Below, piece after piece: positions 1 to 8,359 of a stretch of DNA of 32,000 nt. The notes below the pieces were generated by a model. The model was not told where the DNA came from and did not search any database. It worked only from the letters and a program-made list of their open reading frames with translations. A program made the position numbers and the translations under genes. The DNA comes from Candidatus Blochmanniella floridana (GTDB lineage: Bacteria; Pseudomonadota; Gammaproteobacteria; Enterobacterales; Enterobacteriaceae). Each line of letters begins with the position of its first letter. The first letter of the stretch is position 1. The stretch spans positions 30,001 to 62,000 of the forward strand of contig BX248583.1 in the NCBI GenBank assembly GCA_000043285.1. The letters are read 5' to 3'.

Positions 1-382
1 GTTTAGCTTTATGTTGTAGTATTATTTCGATTTCTTTTATTGCTTGTTCTGTTACTTGTTTGCAGTGGTTGCAAATAAAAAAAATGAAATTATGTGATAA
101 TTCTAAAAAATTTTGACATAACATAAATTTGTTCGTGGATTCAATCCGATGTATAAATCCTTGTTTTAATAAAAAGTTTAAAGCTCGATATATAGTAGAT
201 GGTTTAGCATGGGGTAATGAAGAGGTTCTGGATAAGTGTAACAAATCATAAGCACTAACTGCTTTTTGATATTGTTTAGAAATTAATTTTAATACTTCTA
301 TTCGTTGTGGGGTGAGACGAACTTGTCTTTGTGCACATATTTTTTTTGTTTGTATTAAAAGTTTGTGGGTATGTAAATTCAT
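1..382 (-). CDS. zur: Zinc uptake regulator Zur (Fur family); N-terminal ~127 codons, 3' end runs off the window
   Basis: Not in the ORF track because it is truncated by the window edge. My translation from the ATG at 382-380 is MNLHTHKLLIQTKKICAQRQVRLTPQRIEVLKLISKQYQKAVSAYDLLHLSRTSSLPHAKPSTIYRALNFLLKQGFIHRIESTNKFMLCQ...FICNHCKQV. It aligns closely with E. coli Zur (AEKICAQRNVRLTPQRLEVLRLM...AKPPTVYRALDFLLEQGFVHKVESTN...FICDRCG), including the CxxC motif. It lies divergent from dnaB, near the ancestral zur-dnaB map position. Confidence 0.85.
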   Translation of the reverse strand, partial: MNLHTHKLLIQTKKICAQRQVRLTPQRIEVLKLISKQYQKAVSAYDLLHLSRTSSLPHAKPSTIYRALNFLLKQGFIHRIESTNKFMLCQNFLELSHNFIFFICNHCKQVTEQAIKEIEIILQHKAK

Positions 383-664
383 GTTGTTACTCCTGGAATA
401 TTGTGCTTTATGATTTATTATATTGGTATTGAATTTGAATTAGTTAATAATATAAAAGGATATTTGTATAAAATTTATCTGAAATAAACAAGCGTATTAT
501 TATTATATAATAACGTGATATTTAAAGATTTTGTTATTAATTTTATCGTAAAAATTTTTATTTTAAAATGAAATTAATGATTAATTATATTTGAAATAAT
601 AGTATAACACAGTTATTTATATTAAATTTGTTATTATTTATATACATGGGATAATTAATTTTAT

Positions 665-2065
665 ATGTTGAAAAAAAAATATATTAAAAATTCGAATATC
701 GTTCGAGATGATCAAATAAACAATATAAAGATATTACCGTATTCATTAGAAGCAGAACAATCGGTATTAGGAAGTTTAATGTTAGATAATGAAAAATGGG
801 ATGAGGTATTTACTCAAATAGTTTCGGATGATTTTTTTAATTATGCGCATCGAATTATTTTTTTAGAAATGCAACGTTTATTAGAATCAAATAGTCCTAT
901 TGATTTGATAACATTATCAGAATCTTTAGAGATTCAAGGAAAATTGGAATCGGTAGGAGGTTTTGGTTATTTAGCAGAGTTATCTAAGAATGTTCCGAGT
1001 GTTTCTAATATCAATGCATATACTAATATTGTGAAGGAACGATCAACAATACGGTCTATTATTACTACAGCTAACGAAATTGCTAATGCTGGTTACAATA
1101 CTCAAGGTAGAAGTAGTGAGGAATTATTGGATTTTGCTGAATCTCTGATTTTTAGTATTTCACGTAGTAGGAATGATAAATTTTTTACTCCTAAATCCAT
1201 AGATCATATTTTATATGATACTATTTCGCATCTTGATCAGGCTCATGGAAATATAAGAGATGGTATTACTGGTATTTCTAGTGGATATATAGATTTAGAT
1301 AAAAAAACACATGGATTACATAAATCTGATTTAATTATTATAGCAGCACGGCCTGCGATGGGGAAAACCGCATTTGCTATGAATTTATGCGAACATGTAG
1401 CAATGACTGAATTAAAACCAGTGTTGATATTTAGTTTAGAAATGACTGGAGAGCAAATAGTAATGAGGATGTTATCCTCTTTATCTCGTGTAGATTATAT
1501 ACGTATCCGAACGGGTCAATTGAATAGCGAAGATCGATCGAGAATTTCGAGTACTATTGAATTATTGTTAGAGAAACGTAATTTATATATAGATGATTCT
1601 TCATATCTTACTCCTACTGATGTGAGAGGTAGATCGCGTAGATTATTTCGAGAACATGATGGACTAAGTTTAATTATGATTGATTATTTGCAATTGATGA
1701 GAGTGCCAACTCTTGCTAATAATCGTACATTGGAAATTTCAGAGATTTCTAGATCTTTAAAAGCTTTAGCCAAAGAATTGAAAGTTCCAGTAATTGCTAT
1801 TTCTCAGTTGAATAGGAGTTTAGAACAAAGAGTAGATAAACATCCTATTAATTCAGATTTACGCGAATCTGGTTCGATTGAACAAGATGCGGATTTAATT
1901 TTATTTATTTATAGAGATGAATTATATAATGAGAATAGTGATATGAAAGGTATTGCTGAAATCATTTTGGGTAAGCAACGAAATGGGCCTGTTGGTACTG
2001 TGCGATTAATTTTTAATGGAAAATGGACTAGGTTTGATAATTATGTGGATCTAAATCAATATTAG
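665..2065 (+). CDS. dnaB: Replicative DNA helicase DnaB
   Basis: 466 aa. N-terminal PYSLEAEQSVLGSLML motif, Walker A ARPAMGKTAF, and the LIMIDYLQLM and SQLNRSLEQR motifs typical of DnaB. Normal length, so no intein. Confidence 0.97.
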   Translation: MLKKKYIKNSNIVRDDQINNIKILPYSLEAEQSVLGSLMLDNEKWDEVFTQIVSDDFFNYAHRIIFLEMQRLLESNSPIDLITLSESLEIQGKLESVGGFGYLAELSKNVPSVSNINAYTNIVKERSTIRSIITTANEIANAGYNTQGRSSEELLDFAESLIFSISRSRNDKFFTPKSIDHILYDTISHLDQAHGNIRDGITGISSGYIDLDKKTHGLHKSDLIIIAARPAMGKTAFAMNLCEHVAMTELKPVLIFSLEMTGEQIVMRMLSSLSRVDYIRIRTGQLNSEDRSRISSTIELLLEKRNLYIDDSSYLTPTDVRGRSRRLFREHDGLSLIMIDYLQLMRVPTLANNRTLEISEISRSLKALAKELKVPVIAISQLNRSLEQRVDKHPINSDLRESGSIEQDADLILFIYRDELYNENSDMKGIAEIILGKQRNGPVGTVRLIFNGKWTRFDNYVDLNQY

Positions 2066-2201
2066 ATTTTATTCTGTTGGTTGTGTTATATTATATATTA
2101 GGTTAATTATAATATATATTATTAATTAAATAAATAAAACTATATAATTTTATTATAGTTTTGTAATTATTTATAACTATGATTATAGACAAGGAGATCA
2201 T

Positions 2202-2678
2202 GTGTCTTTTAGAGGAATTAATAAAGTTATTTTGGTGGGTTATTTAGGGCAGGATCCGGAGATTCGATATATGTCTAATGGTAATCCAGTAGCTAATATT
2301 TCGATTGCTACTACTGATACTTGGAAAGATAAGCAAACCAATGAGTTTAAAGAAAAGACCGAGTGGCATAGAGTAGTATTATTTGGAAAATTAGCAGAGA
2401 TTACATCTTCTTATCTTCGTAAGGGTTCTCAAGTATATATTGAGGGATCCTTACGAACAAGAAAATGGCAAAATCAAGATGGTCAGGATCGTTATACTAC
2501 TGAAATTATTGTAAGTATTGGAGGTGTAATGCAAATGTTAAGCAATCGTTATGCAGAAGCAAGAAATATGGATACTGATAATACAACTAATAAGTCTGAT
2601 TCTATTTCTGATCAAAATAATCATGAATTAAATTCTGAATCTATAGTAAATTTTAATGAAGACGATATTCCATTTTAA
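2202..2678 (+). CDS. ssb: Single-stranded DNA-binding protein
   Basis: GTG start 5 nt after an AAGGAGA Shine-Dalgarno (2191-2197). [24 protein letters not shown]...[14 protein letters not shown]...[15 protein letters not shown] matches the E. coli SSB OB fold. The C-terminal acidic tip DDIPF is conserved. Confidence 0.97.
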   Translation: MSFRGINKVILVGYLGQDPEIRYMSNGNPVANISIATTDTWKDKQTNEFKEKTEWHRVVLFGKLAEITSSYLRKGSQVYIEGSLRTRKWQNQDGQDRYTTEIIVSIGGVMQMLSNRYAEARNMDTDNTTNKSDSISDQNNHELNSESIVNFNEDDIPF

Positions 2679-3059
2679 GGTTATTTATTAATATAATGGT
2701 AATTATGGAAATTTATGTTTTGATTTTCTATTTGTAAAAAAGGTAATAGAGATATTGTAACAAGTTTAGTATGTAAGGTTAAAATTTAGATAATAATTTT
2801 TGAATTTTGCGTGTTGTACTAAAGTAATTAATTTTATTTTATAAAAATGATATGAATTGTTAAAAATTTCTTATAAATATAGCTTGCATGTAAGCAATTA
2901 TGTAGAAATTAATATGAATGTATTCAAATACGCGAATTGGTGTGTATAGTTTCTTGATGAGTGTAATTAAGTATATTATTAATATTCTATTCAAGTTAAA
3001 TACAATATAAATATGTATTTGTATAATTTTAATTATATTTATGTAATGAGATTAACGGT

Positions 3060-4706
3060 ATGGAAATTTTTTTTACAATTCTTATTCTTACTTTAGCAGT
3101 CTCTATTTCAGGAATAATAAGGCAAATTTTACCATTTCAAATACCATTGCCGTTAATGCAAATTATGTTGGGAGCTGTATTAGCGTGGCCAAAGTTTGGT
3201 TTGCATATTGATTTTAATCCTGAACTGTTTTTGTTACTGTTTATTCCTCCTTTGTTGTTTTCTGATGGATGGAAAACACCAATGCGTGAATTTATCAGGC
3301 ATGGAGGGGAAATTATTATATTAGCGTTAGTTTTAGTTGTTATCACTGTTATAGGTATTGGGTATTTAATTTATTGGATGATACCAGAGATACCTTTAGT
3401 AGCATCATTAGCATTGGCAGCAGTATTATCTCCGACTGATGCAGTAGCTTTATCTGGAATTGTAGGAGAGGGTCGTATGCCAAAAAAAATTATGGATATT
3501 CTACAAGGAGAGGCTTTAATGAATGATGCATCTGGTTTGGTATCTTTAAAGTTTGCTATTTCTGTAGCAATGGGTACTATGATTTTTAGTATTAGTGGAG
3601 TATCAATAGAGTTTTTAAAAGTGTCAATAGGAGGTTTGTTAGCCGGGATATCTATTACATGGGGTTATAGTAAATCATTAAGATTAATTATGTGTTTAAG
3701 CGGTGAAGATCCTGCTACTCAAACCATGTTGTTATTGTTATTACCTTTTGCTGTGTATTTAATTGCTGAGCATATTGGAGTGTCTGGAATTTTATCGTCT
3801 GTTGCATCTGGTATGACTATTGGACAATCAGGAATAATTCGTAATGCACCATTAGCTATGAGATTACGTGGTAATAGTGTATGGACTATGTTAGAATTTG
3901 TTTTCAATGGAATGGTTTTTATTATGCTTGGATTACAATTACCAGATATTTTATATACTTCTATTATACAGGCACAATTAGATCCAACTATTAAGATTTG
4001 GGTGTTATTTGTATATGTAATGGTTATTTATATTGCTTTGATTGCTTTAAGATTCGCTTGGTTATGGTTGATGAAATATATTAGTGTTCATTATATGCAT
4101 AGGAGACCAATGGTTTTTAGTAAATATACTATACGGGAAATTTTAATCGCTTCTTTTGCTGGAGTACGAGGAGCAATTACATTAGCCGGTGTATTATCGA
4201 TACCACTGTTTTTAAGGGATGGTATGGCTTTTCCGTGTCGTTATCAACTTGTTTTTATTGCTACAGGGGTTATTTTGCTTTCCTTGTTATGTGGGGTAAT
4301 TGTTTTACCATGGTTATTACAGGGAATTACAGTTTCTGATAAATTATTGAGACGAGAGGAAGAGCGTATGGCTCGTACTATAGCTGCTGAAGTAGCTATA
4401 GATAGTTTATATAAATTAGAAGAAAGATTAGTACATGATCCGGGAGAAAATATTGATAGTCAGTTAATAAATGAAGTTAGCGCTCGAGTAATTAGTAATT
4501 TAAGATATCGTATTGATGGAAGTAATGATGTACGTCGCTCTATATTAATAGAAGATTTAGAAAGGCGTATGAGGTTAAATGCATTAAGAGCTGAACGTGG
4601 TGAATATTATCATTTACGTGCTCAACAAAAAATTAGTAATGAAACACTAACAAAATTACTGCGTGATTTGGATTTTTTAGAAGCTCTGTTAATTGAGCAT
4701 GAATAA
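3060..4706 (+). CDS. yjcE: CPA1-family Na+/H+ (cation/proton) exchanger, YjcE orthologue
   Basis: 548 aa polytopic membrane protein. MEIFFTILI...FQIPLPLMQI...LSPTDAVALSGIVGEGRMPKKIM..LQGEALMNDASGLVSLKFA is near-identical in pattern to E. coli YjcE along the whole length, including the C-terminal LLEALLIE. Confidence 0.9.
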   Translation: MEIFFTILILTLAVSISGIIRQILPFQIPLPLMQIMLGAVLAWPKFGLHIDFNPELFLLLFIPPLLFSDGWKTPMREFIRHGGEIIILALVLVVITVIGIGYLIYWMIPEIPLVASLALAAVLSPTDAVALSGIVGEGRMPKKIMDILQGEALMNDASGLVSLKFAISVAMGTMIFSISGVSIEFLKVSIGGLLAGISITWGYSKSLRLIMCLSGEDPATQTMLLLLLPFAVYLIAEHIGVSGILSSVASGMTIGQSGIIRNAPLAMRLRGNSVWTMLEFVFNGMVFIMLGLQLPDILYTSIIQAQLDPTIKIWVLFVYVMVIYIALIALRFAWLWLMKYISVHYMHRRPMVFSKYTIREILIASFAGVRGAITLAGVLSIPLFLRDGMAFPCRYQLVFIATGVILLSLLCGVIVLPWLLQGITVSDKLLRREEERMARTIAAEVAIDSLYKLEERLVHDPGENIDSQLINEVSARVISNLRYRIDGSNDVRRSILIEDLERRMRLNALRAERGEYYHLRAQQKISNETLTKLLRDLDFLEALLIEHE

Positions 4707-5102
4707 CATTATTATCACTGAGAATAATGGTGAGTAGTTATTTAGATATTACGTATATTTTAGTATATTGGTGTTTTAAGGTTTTATTGAATCAATAGTA
4801 AGTTATAGTATATGTAATTTGAAAAGTAGAATTTATTTTTTTTTTGTTAATTTTATGTTAGAATAGTAAGAATTACTGCTGATAATGTAGATTTGATAAT
4901 ATTTATGTTACTCAATGTGAATGAAAATGATATCGCATTGGGTTTTTTATTTTACTGTAAAATTGGTTGTTGTTAATAAGTATAAATTTTAATTATGGTC
5001 GATAATTAAAATTATAATATATTTATGTATTAATTATAAGAATATGATTTCCAGGTCCTGGTATTACTTAATGAAAATATTGATTTTTTTTGAGGGGGTA
5101 CT

Positions 5103-6392
5103 ATGATAATTAAAGATTTTAAAATTACTCTTGCTTGGAAGATTTTTTTTGCTTTAAATTTAGGTATTATTACTGGAATTGCTTTACATGATCAAGTGCA
5201 ATTAAAAGACTGGATTGTGAATACATTTCTTTCTCCATCTGGAGAAGTATTTATTCGAATGATTAAAATGATTGTGGTTCCTATTGTCATGGCTACATTG
5301 ATTGTGGGTATAGCTGGGATAGGAGATGTTAAAAAGCTTGGTAGTATTGGTTTAAAAACTATAATTTATTTTGAGATTATTACAACATTAGCGATAGTTC
5401 TTGGAGTAGCATTTGCTAATGTATTTCATCCTGGATATGGAATTGATATGTCTGTTTTGTCTAAAACAGATATTTCTATGTATGAGCAAACAACATCTGA
5501 TATTCAATCAGATTTGATAGGTACTGTGTTATCGTTAATCCCATCTAATATTATAGACTCTATGGCTAAAGGGGATATGCTACCGGTTATTTTTTTCTCG
5601 GTAATTTTTGGATTGGGTTTAACTACGTTACCAGATAAAACTAAAGATCCATTACTGAGTATTTGTCATTCTGTGGCAGATACTATGTTTGAAGTAACCA
5701 ATATAGTAATGCGTTATGCACCTATTGGAGTATTTGCTCTTATTTCAGTGACAGTTGCAACATTTGGTTTTAATTCTTTATTACCGCTGACTAAACTTGT
5801 ATTATTAGTTTATGGAGCTATTGTATTTTTTGCTTTAATAGTGTTAGGTATAGTAGCAAGAATATGTAATTTACGGATTTGGAATTTGATTTGTATTTTA
5901 AAAGAGGAATTAATTTTATCTTTTTCTACTGCTAGTTCAGAAACTGTATTACCTAGAATTATAAAGAAAATGGAATCTTATGGAGCTCCATCTACTATTA
6001 CTGGTTTTGTAATACCTACTGGATATTCATTTAATTTAGATGGGTCAACATTATATCAGAGCATTGCTGCTATTTTTATTGCACAATTATATGGAATTGA
6101 ATTATCCTTAAGTCAAGAAATTATTTTAGTGTTAACTTTAATGATTACATCTAAAGGTATCGCTGGGGTACCAGGGGTATCTTTTGTAGTGTTATTAGCT
6201 ACATTAGGTAGTGTAGGGATTCCTTTAGAAGGATTAGCATTTATAGCAGGAGTTGATCGAATATTAGATATGGCTCGTACAGCATTAAATGTAGTGGGAA
6301 ATGCATTAGCTGTATTAGTAATTGCAAAATGGGAAAATCAGTATGATGTGAAAAAAGCTTTAGCATATGAGTCGGAAATGTTAAATAAATAA
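5103..6392 (+). CDS. gltP: Proton/glutamate-aspartate symporter (DAACS family)
   Basis: 429 aa. Long stretches match E. coli GltP (IKMIVVPIV, VPTGYSFNLDGSTLYQSIAAIFIAQLYGI, TSKGIAGVPGVSFVVLLATLGSVGIPLEGLAFIAGVDRILDMARTALNVVGNALAVLVIAKWE). A GAGGGGG Shine-Dalgarno lies just upstream. Confidence 0.94.
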   Translation: MIIKDFKITLAWKIFFALNLGIITGIALHDQVQLKDWIVNTFLSPSGEVFIRMIKMIVVPIVMATLIVGIAGIGDVKKLGSIGLKTIIYFEIITTLAIVLGVAFANVFHPGYGIDMSVLSKTDISMYEQTTSDIQSDLIGTVLSLIPSNIIDSMAKGDMLPVIFFSVIFGLGLTTLPDKTKDPLLSICHSVADTMFEVTNIVMRYAPIGVFALISVTVATFGFNSLLPLTKLVLLVYGAIVFFALIVLGIVARICNLRIWNLICILKEELILSFSTASSETVLPRIIKKMESYGAPSTITGFVIPTGYSFNLDGSTLYQSIAAIFIAQLYGIELSLSQEIILVLTLMITSKGIAGVPGVSFVVLLATLGSVGIPLEGLAFIAGVDRILDMARTALNVVGNALAVLVIAKWENQYDVKKALAYESEMLNK

Positions 6393-6416
6393 TAGTAATA
6401 AATATTTTTATTATTG

Positions 6417-6472
6417 AATACATATTCACTGAATACTCAGTATTAATACTGAGTATTCAGTGAATATGTATT
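6417..6472. terminator. 56-bp perfect palindrome (28 + 28 nt, no spacer) between convergent gltP and ridA; candidate bidirectional terminator or 3' stabiliser
   Basis: AATACATATTCACTGAATACTCAGTATT (6417-6444) is the exact reverse complement of 6445-6472. It starts 25 nt after the gltP stop and is followed by TTTTG on the + strand. Terminator function is inferred from position only. Confidence 0.5.
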
Positions 6473-6577
6473 TTGTATGGTGATTATATAGAAAAGAAAA
6501 TATATTAATATTATAATTGTTCAATATATAGATTATTAATGTCAGTATTTAGGAGAATACTGTATTTATACAGTAGA

Positions 6578-6994
6578 TCATTTGTTAAATCGCATTGCAA
6601 TTGCTTCAATTTCTATTAAAGCATTATTGGGTAGTTTGGAGACTTCTACGCAAGATCTTGCTGGTAAAATTGATATATGATTAATTGTAGTTAAGTTAAT
6701 TTTAAAAAACTTTTCATAACTGATATTTATAATTGGTAAATCATTAATATTTTTAATAAATAAAGTGGTTTTGACGATATTATTTATTATTAAATTTTTG
6801 GATGTAATAATGCTTTTTATATTTTCTAGTGCTTGGTATGTTTGTTCCTGAATATTATTAGGAATCATTCCTGTATCAGGAATTATAGGAATTTGCCCGG
6901 AAATAAATATTATATTTCCTGTATCTATTGCTTGAGTATATGGTCCCATAGGGGCATGGATTTTTTTTTTATTTATAATATTAATGTTATTCAT
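6578..6994 (-). CDS. ridA: RidA/YjgF/YER057c-family enamine/imine deaminase
   Basis: 138 aa. APMGPYTQAID.GN.IFISGQIP..P.TG...TTLFIKNINDL..IN..Y..FF...PARSCVEVSKLP..ALIEIEAIA matches E. coli RidA motif for motif. Confidence 0.92.
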   Translation of the reverse strand: MNNINIINKKKIHAPMGPYTQAIDTGNIIFISGQIPIIPDTGMIPNNIQEQTYQALENIKSIITSKNLIINNIVKTTLFIKNINDLPIINISYEKFFKINLTTINHISILPARSCVEVSKLPNNALIEIEAIAMRFNK

Positions 6995-7061
6995 ATAATT
7001 ATTCCTGATGTAATTTTTAAAAAATTTTTTGATAATAATATAATGTTATTAGTATATTTTA

Positions 7062-8105
7062 TTAATTTTTTGTATGAAAGGTTATATTCTTGTGGTATAA
7101 GTTAGGTAATAATGTAGAAATCATAAGAGCTTTGATTGTATGTAATCTATTTTCAGCTTGGTCAAAAACAATACTGTGTTTTGATTCAAATATTTCATTT
7201 GTTACTTCTAGTCCATTAAATAAATTATGTTTATGAGCAATTTTTTTACCAATGGTGGTTTCATTATTATGTAAAGCTGGTAAACAATGTAAAAATTTTA
7301 CATTTGAGTTACCAGTATAGTTAATCATATCTTGATTAACTTGATATGGGGATAATAAAGAGATTCGATGTGTCCATACTTTTTCATTTTCTCCCATTGA
7401 CACCCATACATCGGTGTATAGAAAGTCTACATCTTTTACTCCTTCTTGAATATTTTCAGTAAGTAGGATATTAACTTTGTTAAGTTTTGTTAATTTTCGG
7501 CATGTTGTAAGTAATTCTTGTTGTGGCCAAAATTCTCTAGGAGAGACTAGTCTTAAATCAAAACCTATTATTGATGCAGCTTCTAATAAAGAATTTCCTA
7601 TGTTGTTACGAGCATCTCCAACATAAGCTAATTTTATTTTACAGAATGATTTATGTGGAACTTGTTCTTGCATGGTCATTAAGTCAGCAAGCATTTGTGT
7701 TGGATGAAATTGCTCAGTAAGTCCATTCCATACGGGAACATTAGAATATTGAGCAAATATATTTATCGTATCTTGATTATATCCACGGTATTGAATTCCA
7801 TGATACATTCGACCTAATATCTTAGCGGTGTCTTTGATAGATTCTTTGTGACCAATTTGACTGATATTTGGAGTTAAACAGGTTACTCTTGCTCCTTGAT
7901 CAAATGCTGCAACTTCGAATGCGCATCTTGTTCGGGTTGAATGGTTTTCGAAAATAAGTACGATATTTTTTTTATGTAATTTTTGAGTTTCTGTATGATT
8001 AGATTTTTGTTGTTTTAGAAAATGAGATAAACGTAGAATATACATAATTTCATTCATACTAAAATCCATTAATCTTAAAAAAGATCGTTGATATAGTTGA
8101 TTCAT
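7062..8105 (-). CDS. argI: Ornithine carbamoyltransferase
   Basis: 347 aa. The [20 protein letters not shown] (carbamoyl-phosphate site), [17 protein letters not shown] and FLHCLPA motifs are present. Collinear with E. coli ArgI, plus a ~15 aa C-terminal extension. Confidence 0.95.
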   Translation of the reverse strand: MNQLYQRSFLRLMDFSMNEIMYILRLSHFLKQQKSNHTETQKLHKKNIVLIFENHSTRTRCAFEVAAFDQGARVTCLTPNISQIGHKESIKDTAKILGRMYHGIQYRGYNQDTINIFAQYSNVPVWNGLTEQFHPTQMLADLMTMQEQVPHKSFCKIKLAYVGDARNNIGNSLLEAASIIGFDLRLVSPREFWPQQELLTTCRKLTKLNKVNILLTENIQEGVKDVDFLYTDVWVSMGENEKVWTHRISLLSPYQVNQDMINYTGNSNVKFLHCLPALHNNETTIGKKIAHKHNLFNGLEVTNEIFESKHSIVFDQAENRLHTIKALMISTLLPNLYHKNITFHTKN

Positions 8106-8359
8106 ATAAAATTCCTCTATGTGTATTATTAGTATTCGATAGTATAGTAATATATTACAATGGCAGTATTTTGTTTAAATAATATAATTTTTTAAAAATT
8201 TCCATTAAATCAATATTAAAATGATTAATAATTAATTTGATTTTGTATAATATGGTATTATATAACATTGAATGTTATTCATTGTTTAAGAATTAAATTC
8301 TACTCTATTATTATATATTCTGTAATTTTTTATAAGTTGGTTTTAATTAATGCATGTGT

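Noticed and set aside
2136-2162. Short AT-only hairpins that could be terminators or operators: AAAACTATA/TATAGTTTT after dnaB (2136-2162); a 12-bp stem with GGTCG loop upstream of gltP (4985-5013); CATTATT/AATAATG after yjcE (about 4709-4731); ATTTTAGTA/TACTAAAAT upstream of rplM (25133-25160); CAATGAA-AAA-TTCATTG upstream of degQ (about 24241-24257).
   Set aside because: The stems are 7-12 bp of pure A/T, thermodynamically weak, and expected frequently by chance in about 27% GC sequence. Nothing distinguishes them without expression or conservation data.
8262-8278. The palindrome ATAACATTGAATGTTAT as a second Zur box.
   Set aside because: The heptamers are in everted order (ATAACAT...ATGTTAT), not the inverted order of the Zur consensus, and there is no zinc-related gene nearby. 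I keep it only as a generic or ARG-like dyad in the findings.
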